A DNA stretch of 64,000 nt from an uncultured Acidobacteriota bacterium. GTDB lineage: Bacteria; Acidobacteriota; Vicinamibacteria; Marinacidobacterales; SMYC01. The notes beneath the pieces are model-generated. The model saw only the letters and a list, made by a program, of their open reading frames with translations, was not told the DNA's origin and did not search any database. Each line of letters begins with the position of its first letter. Within the stretch, counting starts at the first letter, position 1. Of this stretch, positions 8,753 to 20,582 are shown piece after piece. Where the stretch lies: assembly GCA_963820855.1 (NCBI GenBank), contig CAWGBY010000021.1:5354-69353 (forward strand), given 5' to 3'. A program made the position numbers and the translations under genes.

Positions 8753-10139
8753 GGTCTCGAGCCCTCCGGAGTCCGCGCCGTGCCCGCCTCACGGCGAACG
8801 AAGGCGCCGTCGGTGATCGCTCCGACGTGCTTCTGGTCTTTCACGACCACTTTGCCTCGGAGGAGGACGGTGTCGGGGATGCCGGTCACCTCGGTGCCCT
8901 CGTAGGCGTTGTAGTCAACCTTCATCCGATGGGTCTTCGCAGCTGATGGTCCACTTGCGCTTCGAGTCCCAGAGGACCAGGTCGGCGTCAGCCCCGACGG
9001 TGATCGACCCTTTGCGCGGGTACAACCCGAAGATCTTCGCGGGACGCGTGGAGACGAGCTCGACGAAGCGGTTCATGGTGATGCGGCCCCGGTTCACTCC
9101 GCCCTCGTGCAGGAGCATGAGCCGATTCTCGATCCCGGGAGCGCCGTTCGGGATCTTGCTGAAGTCGCCCTTGCCGAGCTCCTTCTGCTCCTTCATGCAG
9201 AAGCTGCAGTGATCGGTCGAGACCGCCTGGAGGGCGTCGGTCTTGAGACCGTTCCAGAGCCTCTCCTCGTTCCCCTTGGGCCGGAGGGGCGGCGACATCA
9301 CGTACTTCGCGCCCTCGAATCCAGGCTTCTCGTAGTCTTCGTACGACAGGAAAAGGTACTGCGGACAGGTCTCGGCGAATACCGGAAGACCCCGCTCGCG
9401 GGCGCGGCGGACCTCTTCCATCGCGTCGCCGGCGGAGAGATGCACGATGTAGACGGGAACGCCCGCCATCTCGGCGAGCGCGATCGCCCGCCGCGTCGCC
9501 TCGGCCTCGGCGCTCATCGGACGGGTGAGGGCGTGCCACTTGGGCTCGGTGTGGCCTTCCGCGAGAGCGCGTTTCACGAGCGTATCGATGACGCCTCCGT
9601 TCTCGGCGTGCATGCAGATGAGGCCGCCGTTGTCGCGCGTTCGCAGCATCGCCTGGAAGATGGTGGCGTCGTCGACCATGAAGACGCCGGGGTAGGCCAT
9701 GAAGAGCTTGAAGGTGGTGATGCCTTCCTTGACGAGCGCGTCCATCTCCTTCAGATGGGATTCCTTCAGCTCGCGCACGATGGTATGGAAGGAGTAGTCG
9801 ATGGCCGCTTTCGCCTCGGCGCGCGCGAACCAGGCGTCGACTCCCTTTCGCAGAGAGCTTCCAAAGTCCTGGATGGCGAAGTCGATGACGGTGGTGGTGC
9901 CGCCGCAGGCCGCGGCGATGGTTCCGCTCGACCAGTCGTCCGCGGTGACCGTGCCTCCGAAGGGCATGTCGAGGTGCGTATGGACGTCGATGCCTCCGGG
10001 CATGACCAGCTTTCCCGAGGCGTCCAGGGTCGAAGCCCCCTTCGAGCTCGAGGCCGATGACGGCGATCTTGCCGCCGGCGATGCCGATGTCGGCACGGTA
10101 GGTGTCGTCGGCGGTGACGATCGTGCCGCCGCGTATCAC
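8749..10139 (-). CDS. dihydropyrimidinase / D-hydantoinase; two frameshifts in this assembly
   Basis: GTG 10139 gives VIRGGTIVTADDTYRADIGIAGGKIAV. A shift lies in the C5 run at 10036-10040. ORF 8915..10096 follows (GGIDVHTHLDMPFGG...FKLFMAY...HAENG..STDHC). A second shift lies near 8938-8945, then KTHRMKVDYNAYEGTEVTGIPDTVLLRGKVV. The stop at 8751-8749 overlaps the downstream TTG. Confidence 0.9.
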
Positions 10140-10271
10140 GGTATCGAGTACGCATCCGCGGAGGATAAAGGCTCCCCGTTCGCGAAATCAAGCTCGCGTG
10201 GTAACGTAGCGCGCCTTCGCGTTCGCGGCGGGTTTACGCGCCGAAGCGTACTCGCGAAGGCGGAGGTTTTC

Positions 10272-11743
10272 GATGCGAACCGGCTCTTTCATCGACGGAG
10301 AGTGGATCCAGCCCCTTCCGGGCGCGTGTTGAAGAACGTGAATCCCGCCGACCCGGACGACGTGATCGCGGAGTTCCCGATGGCGACGGCGAAGGACGCC
10401 GAGCGCGCCATCGAGGCGGCGCGGAACGCCTTCGAGAAGTGGCGCAAGGTCCCTGGTCCCGAGCGCGGGCGGGTCCTGTGGCGCGCCGCCGACATCGCCC
10501 GCACCCGCGTCGACGAGATCGCGCGGGTCATGACGCGCGAAGAGGGGAAGATTCTGAAGGAAGCGCGAGGCGAGGTCATGAAGGGCATCTCTCTCATCGA
10601 GTACTACGCGGGTGCCGGGTTTCGCATGGGAGGAAAGACGCTCCCGTCCGAGGCGCGAAACACGTTCACGTACACCATCCGCCAGCCGGTCGGCGTCGTC
10701 GCGCTCATCGCTCCCTGGAACTTTCCCTGGGCCATTCCGGTCTGGAAGTCGGCGCCGGCGCTGGTCGCGGGAAACGCGGTCGTCTTCAAGCCCGCGAGCC
10801 TCACGCCTTCGACGGCCGCGCTCCTCGCCGGAGATTTACGCGGATGCCGGGCTCCCTCCCGGAGTCTTCAACGTCGTCGTCGGCTCCGGCTCGGAGGTCG
10901 GAGAGACGCTCGTCCACTCGCGCGACATTCCGATCATCTCCTTCACCGGCTCGAACTCGATCGGGACCGATCTGTACGTCAAAGCCGCCTCGAGAGGAGC
11001 CAAGGTGACGTGCGAGATGGGAGGGAAGAACGCGGTCATCGTGATGTCCGACGCCGATCTCGACAAGGCGGCTCTCGCCATCCGCGACGGAGCCTTCGGG
11101 TCGACCGGCCAGCGCTGCACCGCGACCTCGAGGGTCATCGTGCTCGAGGACAAGAAAGACGCGCTGGTGGAGCGGCTCGTCGAGCACGCCCGGAACATCC
11201 GCGTCGGCAACGGGCTCGACGAGAACGTCGACATGGGGCCCGCGGTCGACGAGAGCCAGTACAAGACCGATCTCGAGTACGTCGAGATCGCGAAAGCGGA
11301 AGGCGCGCGACTCGTGTCGGGAGGCGGCAAGCCCCGAGGGACTCGAGGACGGCTATTTCGTCGAGCCCACGATCTTCGACGACGTCGACGCCGGGATGCG
11401 TATCTTCCAGGAAGAGGTCTTCGGGCCGGTGCTCGCGGTCTCGAAGGCGAAGAGCTTCGAGGAGGCGATCCGGATGGCGAACTCGGTTCCGTTCGGACTC
11501 ACCACGTCGATCTTCACCCGGGACGTGGACCAGGTGATGCGCTTCGTCGAGGACGTCGAGTGCGGCATGGTGCACGTGAACGAGCCCACCATCGGCGGAG
11601 AGGCGCAGCTTCCGTTCGGCGGAGTCAAGGCGACCGGTGTCGGCGAGCGTGAGATGTCCGAAGAGGGCCTGAACTTCTTCACCGAGCTCAAGACCGTCTT
11701 CGTGAACTATTCCGGCGAGTCCGGGAGGCAAATGTTTCGTTAA
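10272..11743 (+). CDS. NAD(P)-dependent aldehyde dehydrogenase family protein; at least 3 frameshifts (about 10325, 10830, 11340)
   Basis: GGAGG then ATG 10272. Fragments in three frames join into one ALDH: VNPADPDDVIAEF, IAPWNFP, FTGSNSIG, EMGGKNA, GQRCTA, EEVFGPV, PFGGVKATG. Confidence 0.9.
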
Positions 11744-11935
11744 CCACAGGAGCACAAAAGTTGTTCCGTTTTTCGCGATCCATTGCCTTTTGTCATCCGA
11801 TGTAGCCGCCAGCCTTTCCACAGGTCGATTCCTCGAACGACCATAACTGGCCTATTTGCATAACTTGATACCTTCGCCTCGCATGCCCCGATCTGGCCTG
11901 GTCCTTGCAATGAGAAAGGGGCAGGGAGGTGGGTT

Positions 11936-12137
11936 ATGGGGGAGGCGGAAATCCTGGGAGCGAAAGGGAAGCGCTGCACCGTCAGTCTCGAAGCCTGTGA
12001 CGACGGCGCCAACCCCAAGACTCGGTCTGAAAGCTCTTCTACGAGACCGGACGGGCGTGCATGTCGTCAGCCGTGTCTTCGATAGCCTCGACGAGGCGCT
12101 CGCATTCGCTCAGACCCTGTATCAGACGGCGGCCTGA
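11936..12137 (+). CDS. small hypothetical protein (about 67 aa), apparent frameshift near 12025
   Basis: Strong SD AGGGAGGTG sits 3-12 nt before ATG 11936 (MGEAEILGAKGKRCTVSLEAC..). The protein-like C-terminus LKALLRDRTGVHVVSRVFDSLDEALAFAQTLYQTAA lies in the frame of ORF 11856..12137. Confidence 0.35.
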
Positions 12138-12138
12138 C

Positions 12139-13391
12139 TCAGTTCGGCCAGAAGGACGTCTCGGAATCCGGAACCGGAGTCGTCGGCCGCCTCACGACCT
12201 CACCGTTCAGGATGACCCACGACGGGCGGACGGCCGTCGCCGGCGCCGCCAGGACGTCTCCCTCGACCACGATGATGTCCGCCCATTTGCCCGGCTCGAG
12301 AGTTCCAAGCCGGTCGCGAAGCCCCGCCGCCTCCGCTCCAATGCGCGTCGCCGACTGTAGCGCTTCGTGGGCACTGTATCCCCAGGAAATCCACCTCAGA
12401 ATCTCTTCGGCGTAGAACGATCCAATCTCGCCCTGGTCCTTGCCGCCGGCGTCGGTTCCCATCGCCATGGGCACGCCCGCGGCGTGCAATTTGCGGAACC
12501 TCTGCTCGTAGTCGGTGGGCCTCGTCAGCTCTCGTGCGTCCCGCTCTGTCGGCTCGTCCCAGCGCGCCCCCGCGAACCGCCGGGTCGCGTGCAGTGTGGG
12601 AACGACGATCGTCCCGCGCTCCTTCATCAACGCGATGACCCGGTCTTCGTGCTTCATCGGCGCCAGGTGCTCGATGGTGTCGGCACCGGCTTCGACCGCG
12701 TGCTCGACCATCATCATTCCGGGGTACGCCTGCCCCGCGGCGTCGACCGCGATCCGGGCCCCGAAATTGTGGGCCTCTTCGACAGCGAGCGCGATCTCGT
12801 CGCGGGTGAAGGGCGGCGTGACCTTCACGTAGTCCGCTCCCATCTTGAAGTTTTGACGGATGTTCTTTCTCCACTCGTAGGGGGAGTCGGACTCGCGAAG
12901 CCACTTCGGCGTCTCCATCCGATCGCCTTCGGTTCCGTGTCCGCCGGTGACGCCGACGATCTGGTTGCAGATGACGAAGCGCGGGCCTTCGATGTAGCCC
13001 TCCTCGATGGCGCGTTTCAGGGCGGTCGCGGTGTAGTTCCGCGCGCCCGCGTCCCGCACCAGCGTGATGCCGGAGTCGAGCGCTTGTCGGAGGAGAGCCG
13101 CCGCTCTCAGCGCCGACATCGCGTCATCCTCGAACGCCCGAGGGCTCGCGATGAAATGGGTGGCGTGGGTGTGGAGGTCGGCGAGTCCTGGAAGAACGCT
13201 CGCTCCAGTCGCGTCGAGAACGAGCGCCCCATCAGGGACGGGATCCGGGAGCGAGGCCCGACGGCTCGGATCTCGTTTCCTTCGACGAGCACGACACCGT
13301 CCTCGATGGGTGCTCCGGGCGTACCGTCGATGACCTTGCCTCCGACGATGGCGAGAATGCCTGTTGCGGTGACGGTTGCGAGCGAAAGCAT
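12139..13391 (-). CDS. amidohydrolase family protein (imidazolonepropionase/prolidase-like metal hydrolase); one frameshift near 13250
   Basis: ATG 13391 gives MLSLATVTATGILAIVGGKVIDGTPGAPIEDGVVLVEGNEIRAVG. It continues in ORF 12139..13461 (LPGLADLHTHAT.., GADYVKV, TIEHL, MGTDAG, GTLEPGKWADIIV). Confidence 0.85.
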
Positions 13392-13394
13392 GGG

Positions 13395-13498
13395 CTAGTG
13401 CCGTTCCAACTTGGTCGGCCGAGTTGATCGGTCGAGTTGGCCCACACGGTCTCGTCCACACTCAAGGGTTTTATTGGCAGGCAAAAGTTGGAACGGCA

Positions 13499-13502
<4 letters not shown>
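13395..13502. repeat. 108-bp intergenic element bounded by a perfect 18-bp inverted repeat
   Basis: CTAGTGCCGTTCCAACTT (13395-13412) and AAGTTGGAACGGCACTAG (13485-13502) are exact reverse complements. The interior holds direct repeats TCGGCCGAGTTGA / TCGGTCGAGTTGG. Confidence 0.7.
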
Positions 13503-14493
<991 letters not shown>

Positions 14494-14497
<4 letters not shown>

Positions 14498-15947
14498 GCA
14501 TGACCTCTCGAAACGCGCGAATCTTCTCGTCGACTTCAGCGACTTTCTTCTGGTGCGCGATCCACCACTCGGGGTCCCGCTGGGCGTCGAGCTCTTCGAC
14601 GGTCTTTCCCTGCTGTTCGACCCAGGTGTAGTACTTGAGGTTGTGCCAACGGTTCCGGTTGTGCACGGTGCCTTCCTGGATCCAGTCGAGCTCCGGCGCC
14701 ATGGAAGATCGCTGCGAGTCTCGCGGTCGCCGCCGCCTCGTCCAGGGGACCGTCCTTTTTCGTGAGCCACTCCATCACGCTTCGATAGCGCCCGATGTCG
14801 TCGGTGAGCACGGTGACCACGACGTCGTTCCTTCCGAAGACCGTAGAACTTCGCGGTCTTGATCGCGCCGAGAAGATTGCAGACGCCGCTGATGCCGAAG
14901 ATCGATGCCAGCATCGAGGCGTCCTCGGGCGATACGCCGAAGCGGCGCTCCATCACGAGTCGTCCCATTTCTTCGGTGAAGAGCTGACAGCCCGCGTACC
15001 GAGGACATGTCGTCGATGCAGATGAGGGCGTCCATGTTCGCGACGTGGTGGATCCAGGTGACGTGCTTGTCGCCGATTCCCTGAATCTCGTGCGAGCCGT
15101 AGCCGTTGTCGTAGAGCGTGCGGCACTGGATGGGCTCGAGGCCCACGATCTTGTGCTCGGGCCAGATCTGCTTCAGGCGATCGCCCGCGGCGATGGTGCC
15201 CGCGCTTCCCATCGATGAAACGAATGCGGCGATGCGGCCGTCGCCGATGCCCTTCTCGCGCAGGCGAGGGGCGAGGGCGGCGACGCTTCCGCCCGTCACT
15301 TCGTAGTGGAAGCGGTAGTTCCCCATGACCTCGAACTGGTTCAGCACGCGCACGTCGGGGTCTCTGCCGGAGCTCCCAGGTCTTGTCGTAGATCTCCTTG
15401 ACGTTCGACTCGCTTCCCGCGGGTCTTCACCACCTCCGCCCCGTAGCTCTCGATGAGCTCGAACCGCTCCCGGCTCATCCCTTCGGGAAGGACGACGAGG
15501 CTCCGGCAGCCGAGACGCCCGCCGACCCAGGCGCCCCCGACACCGTAGTTGCCGGTGCTGGGCCAGACGAGGCGGTGCTTGCGGGGATCGACGGCGCCCT
15601 CGACGATGAGCTCGGCGAGGACCGAGTAGGCGGCGCCCACCTTGTGGCTTCCGGTGGGAAAGTCGCGGCTGTAGATCGCGACGATGGGCGCGTCGACGCC
15701 GGTGACTTCTTTCGGCACGACGAAATGCCGGACGTTCGTCGTCGGCTCCGTACCAGTGAACGTTCCAGAGGTTCACCGGGTCGAGAGGGTCTGACTCCGC
15801 GGGCAGCGTTCGCCCGGCTGCGCAGCGTGCGCTCTTGGGTCCACGGCTCGCGCATCTCGGAGAGCGTCGGACCCAGTCGTTCTGAAAGAATTCATCGTAT
15901 TCGTGCTCGAGTCGAGCCCAATTATACCCCTGGCTCCTCCTTGACAT
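14494..15947 (-). CDS. PLP-dependent enzyme, tryptophan-synthase-beta/cysteine-synthase fold (type II) with C-terminal extension; at least 6 frameshifts
   Basis: Fragments: DFPTGSHKVGAAYSVLAE (Lys for PLP), STGNYGVGGAWVG, SMGSAGTIAAG, GIGDKHVTWIH. Tail is MAPELDWIQEGTVHNRNRWHNLKYYTWVEQQG. A TGA at 14496-14494 would overlap the LLM GTG (GTGA). Start is uncertain. Confidence 0.65.
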
Positions 15948-16061
15948 CCCTCCCGCGCATCCCCTAACGTTCCGCCGGTCGCGGAATCGCTGTGCGGGGA
16001 GCTTTCTCCACCTCGCCTTGTGCCCCGCGGTCTGCGGTGGTTCCTTACTAAGGAGGTAGCT

Positions 16062-19000
16062 GTGCCCAAAACCCTGTTAGTGCGTTTCGGCGTAGCCTTG
16101 TCGGTTCTCGGTCTTTCGATTCCATGGCTGGGAGCGCAAACTCGCGACCCGAGCGAGCTCCGCTCGCGCTCCGGAATCGTCACCATGGGCTCTCAGAGTC
16201 TCGAAAAAGAAGCCGACATCGCGGAACGGCCGCATGGTCCCGGTGGTCGTGAAATTGGACGTGCCGTCGGTCGCCTCCTATCGAGGCGGGATCGCGGGTT
16301 TCGCGGCCACGAGCCCTCGGGCGAGAGGGCAGTCGCGCATCGCTCTTTCGAGTCCCGAGGTGAGGGCCTACCGGACGTTTCCTCGAGACGAGAACGGCGA
16401 CGCTCGAGAACGCCATCCAGCGCTCCGTTCCACGCGCCCGGATAGTGCACCGGTTCCACACGGTGGTGGGCGGAGTCGTCGCTTCTCGTGCCCGAGGAAG
16501 AAGTCTCCGAGCTCTACCGGCTTCCGGGCGTTTCGGCCGTCTACAAAGACGAGCTTCTGCACCCTGACACGTATCGAAGCCCGAGGTTTCTCGGCGCACC
16601 CGCTCTCTGGGCGCAGCTCGGCGGCGAACGGAAGGCCGGAGAGGGCATCATCGTCGCCAACATCGACACCGGAGTCTGGCCGGAGCTCGAATCTTTCGCC
16701 GACCCGGATCCGTCGGGTCGCCCATATCCGGCGCCTCCCGCCAAATGGACCGGGACGGCCTGCGACTTCGGCAACACGGCCTGGAACTCGAACGACGCGG
16801 ATTTCGACTGCAACAACAAGCTCATCGGCGCACAGCGTTTCATGAATACGTACGACACCGTTCGAGATCGTCGACGCGAGCGAGTTCAAGTCGGCGCGCG
16901 ACGATGACGGCCACGGGAGCCATACCCTGAGCACCGCGGGAGGGAACTCCGGCGTCGAGCCGTCGGTCAGTTTCGACGCTCCGACCCTTCCCGAAATCTC
17001 GGGCATCGCCCCGAGGGCGCACGTCGTCGCGTACAAGGTGTGCGGCATCGAGGGCTGCTACGGCTCGGATTCGGCCGCGGCCGTCCAGCAGGCGATCCTG
17101 GACGGAGTCGACGTCATCAATTTCTCCATCAGCGGCGGCGAGAGCCCGTACTCCGACTTGGCGAGCCAGGCTTTTCTGGATGCCTATGAGGCGGGGATCT
17201 TCGTCGCCGCTTCCGCCGGGAACGACGGACCGGGCGCCGAACACCGTCGCGCATCGCGAGCCCTGGACCACCACCGTCGCCGCGAGCACCTCCGACGTGT
17301 ACATCGCGGGCAGCGTCTCGCTCGTGGGAAGCTCGACCCTGGAGCTCGTCGGAACGTCGGTCACGGGAGAGTTCACCGCCCCGGTCGTTCTGGCCGCGGA
17401 CTTCGACGGCGGCGATCCCGGCTGCTTCGACTCCGTTTCCCGCCCGGGACCTGGAACGGCGAGATCGTCGTCTGCGCTCGGGGAACCGTCGCGCGCGTGA
17501 CGAAAGGCGAGAACGTTATGGCAGGTGGAGCCGGAGGCATGATCCTCTATAACCCGACGCCGAACAGCCTCGATCACGACAAGCACTTCCTCCCCGCGGT
17601 CCACGTGGACGCGGCGGAGGGAACCGCTCTCCTGGCGTTCATGGCGGCCCAGACCGGGCCCCGTCATGGGAACGATCCATCAGGGAGTTCCCCGAAACGT
17701 CGAGACCCACCCCGGCGGGCCTCCGTCCCTTTTCCCGGGCACCGCCGGCGGCGCGGACGTCATGGCGGATTTCAGCTCTCGAGGCGGACCGCAGCAGACG
17801 CTCGGCATCAGCAAACCCGACGTCACCGCGACCGGTGTCGCGATTCTCGCCGGCGGCACGCCGATGCCGAACGACTCGGGAGAGACGGCTTCGTTCGGAG
17901 CTCCCGGCGAGTACATGTTCATCAGCGGAACGTCGATGTCGAGCCCGCACGTGGCCGGCGCCGCGAGCGCTCTTGAAAGATCTCCATTCGGACTGGACGC
18001 CCTTGGCAGATCAAATCCGCTCTGATGACGACGGCCAAGAACCACGGCGTCGTCAAGGAAGACGGAGCGACACCTGCCGATCCGTTCGACTACGGCTCGG
18101 GACGCATCGACCTGCTGCCGAGCGGGATCGCCCGGCTTGACGTTCGTTTCCCCGACCCGAGCGGACTTCGAGGGACACCAGAACGACCTCTGGAACGTGA
18201 ACTACCCGAGCCTCTACATCCCGGTCCATCCGGGAAAGACGGAGGTCGAGCGCACTCTCCGAAGCGAGCGCAAACATACCGTCGCTGTGGTTCGCCTGGG
18301 TGTCCTCTCCCAGAGACCTCGACGTCGACGTGGAGCCTCGGTTGTTCCTGATCCGGCCCGGGCACGAACAAGACGCTCGAGATCGAAGTCGACAGCCGCG
18401 ACGTGCCCATCGGGGAAGTGCGCCACGCCACTCTGCATCTCGCGGATTTCCACGATCGGCTCGACTTTCCCATCACGATCGTGAAGCGGCAGGGTGCGGT
18501 GAGCCTGACCAAGACCTGCGAACCAACGGAGCTCGAGAAGGGCGAGAAGACCGAGTGCGTCATCGAGATGACCAACACTTCCTTCGACACCGCCGCCGTG
18601 CGGCTGCGTGATCACGTTCCGTCGGAGCTCGAGGTCCAGACGGTCAGCGGCGCCTCGGGCCGCCGGGTCCTCACCTTCGAGGGCAACCTCGCCGGCGCCC
18701 AGCCGCCGAACGTGACCGCGGTCGTGGACCCGTTGGCCTCTCCCTTTGGCTATGTCCCCCTCGCGGCTTTCGGCATTCCGCCGATAGCCGCCAGCGACGA
18801 AAGCCTCGCCAACTTCGGCATTCCAGCCGTTCCTCTACGCGGGCGAGACGTACGGCACGATCGGCGTGGTCTCGAACGGATACATCGTGGTCGGCGGCGG
18901 AACGGCGGACGATATCGACTTCCTCAATACGAACTTTCCCAACCCGCTCAGGCCGAACAACGTTCTCGCGCCCTGCTGGACGGACCTGGATCCCGGATCG

Positions 19001-19471
19001 GGAGGAGCGATTCGGATCGACGTGCTGACCGACGGCGTCAGCGACTGGACGGTCGTGGAATGGGACCGAGGTCCCGAACTTCACCGACGGGGAACTCAAC
19101 ACCTGTCAGGTCTGGATCGGCGCGGAAGCGAACACCTTCGGCGAGGACATCAGCTTCAACTATGGGCCCGAAATCTCCAACGGCGACGGCACCTCCTTGA
19201 CGGTTGGCGCTGAGAACAAGTTCGGAAACAGCGGAACCGCTGTCTACTTCAATGGCGTGGGAACGGCACCGACTCCGTCGGCCAGAATCCGCCCTACGAG
19301 GTCGACGTCTTCTCGACTCCCGGGGCTCCCGGCGAGACCCACACCGTGACCTTCACCGCCAAGGGCGTGAAGCACGGCGAGTGGAAGAACTGCGCCGCAA
19401 TGGAGAGCGCGTTCACCTTCGGGACGACTCTCGCCTGCGTCGAGGGCGAGGTGACGAGACGAAGGCACTGA
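16062..19471 (+). CDS. secreted S8 subtilisin-family serine protease with I9 propeptide, PA domain and long C-terminal extension; more than 10 frameshifts
   Basis: AGGAGG then GTG 16062, signal VPKTLLVRFGVALSVLGLSIPWLGA. Propeptide VVVKLDVPSVASYRGGIAGF. Catalytic D (ANIDTGVWPE), H (DDDGHGSHT), S (SGTSMSSPHVAG). Pieces are spread over about 15 ORF-track fragments in all three frames. Ends ...ACVEGEVTRRRH* at 19471. Confidence 0.85.
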
Positions 19472-19485
19472 GCTAGCGCGATGTC

Positions 19486-19518
19486 GGGCGGGGCTCTCGC
19501 AGAAAGGGGGCCCCGCCC
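19486..19518 (+). terminator. GC-rich hairpin after the protease gene (candidate intrinsic terminator)
   Basis: GGGCGGGGC-14 nt-GCCCCGCCC, followed by TTACGGCTTTCCTTTTC. Lies 15 nt after the stop at 19471. Confidence 0.5.
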
Positions 19519-19541
19519 TTACGGCTTTCCTTTTCGGGTCG

Positions 19542-19939
19542 TTACCGCGGCATGTCCGGGCAGAGGTACGGCACCGGCGCGGGGCGATAGCGCTGCTCTT
19601 CTTGTCCGCTCGAAAGCTCGAGCCGCAACACCAGCTCGTCGACGCTGAGCGCCACGATCTCGGCCCGAATTTCGGAAGCGTCCTCTTGCCAGACCAGCGT
19701 ATGGTCCGAGTCCTTTCTCCAGCGGGAGAGGCGGTGGGTCTCCCAGCACGAGTCCATCACGAGCGTCCCGTCCGAGAGAAAGATGCGCAGGATACCGGGA
19801 AGCTCGGTCGAGTCCGATCGCGTCCACGCGCGGTCGACGAGGGCGCTTTCTCTTCCGTGGGAGCGGGGTCGACGACGGACTCGGGCCGGCATCCCGTGAG
19901 CGCGAGAGCGACCGCGGCGAAGTAAGCTCTGCTCCTCAT
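19542..19939 (-). CDS. small lipoprotein, hypothetical; one frameshift near 19850
   Basis: ATG 19939 gives MRSRAYFAAVALALTGC (lipobox). It continues in ORF 19542..19892 (ILRIFLSDGTLVMDSCWETHRLSRW...PYLCPDMPR). The start overlaps the upstream stop (ATGA). Confidence 0.5.
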
Positions 19940-20572
19940 GAGCCCGGGGTTCGAGCGGGGCTCTCGCAGAGAAAGGGCGCCCCGCCCTGACTGCCGTGGT
20001 AGCGGTAGACTCGCTTTTGCAGCCTCAGTCGGATGAGAAACCCGTCTTTCGTGACCTGCGGATAGACTTTCCCGGGACGAGGGCAGCCGAGGCTCGCGTC
20101 GGGCCAGACGACTTCTTCGATCGCGAGGAGCTCGATGCTCTCCTCTGAGGCCGAAAGCCTCCCCGCGAGATCTTTCCGCGCCTGAATCACGCAGCTCACG
20201 AAGCTTCTGCGCCTCGGGAAGCTCGATGGGACTCTCGGGCTCGAAACTCTCTTTCGCGACAGCGCCTTCGACCGCGCGCAGCGCCGTCCCGCACACAACA
20301 GCCCTTCCGTCGCCGACATGAACCGAGTACACCTGCCCCTCCGCCTGAGCCGTGACGAGGTATCCGGAGGTGAGGACCTGGGCGTAGCTCTCGCCATCCT
20401 TCGGGCAGCCCAGACTCGAGTCCGGCCAGTCGACGGGTGTCGCGCGCCGCACCTGCACCCGATCGACGCCAACGTCGAGATGGTGCGCGAGCGCCTCCAT
20501 CGCGAGCTTGTCCGCCTCGTCCTTCGTCATCTGAAAGACTGAGAGAACGAGCGCGAGCCACATTGCGACCAT
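19936..20572 (-). CDS. secreted hypothetical protein with two homologous Cys-containing repeats (WPD[SA]SLGCP); one frameshift near 20170-20200
   Basis: ATG 20572 (SD GGTAGGAG overlapping the clpB stop) gives MVAMWLALVLSVFQ. Repeat 1 is ..RATPVDWPDSSLGCPKDGESYAQVLTSGYLV. Repeat 2, EEVVWPDASLGCPRPGKVYPQVTKDGFLI, is in ORF 19936..20472. Confidence 0.55.
19953..19987. repeat. second copy of the GC-rich hairpin at 19486-19518
   Basis: GAGCGGGGCTCTCGCAGAGAAAGGGCGCCCCGCCC versus GGGCGGGGCTCTCGCAGAAAGGGGGCCCCGCCC. This copy lies inside the 3' coding end (GGAPFLCESPAR) of the 19936..20572 gene. Confidence 0.6.
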
Positions 20573-20582
20573 CCGCGTTCTC

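Noticed and set aside
11848-11860. TGGCCTATTTGCA as a sigma54 promoter upstream of the small ORF at 11936
   Set aside because: The GG-to-GC spacing is 3 nt too short relative to TGGCAC-N5-TTGCW, unlike the site at 29345-29360.
11744-11935. Lower-GC 190-bp intergenic stretch inspected for tRNA, ncRNA or riboswitch
   Set aside because: No cloverleaf-compatible arms or T-loop (GTTCRA) motif. Only a short 5-bp hairpin (GGTCG..CGACC) and a 7-nt direct repeat. Nothing I can support beyond a promoter/UTR region for the downstream small ORF.
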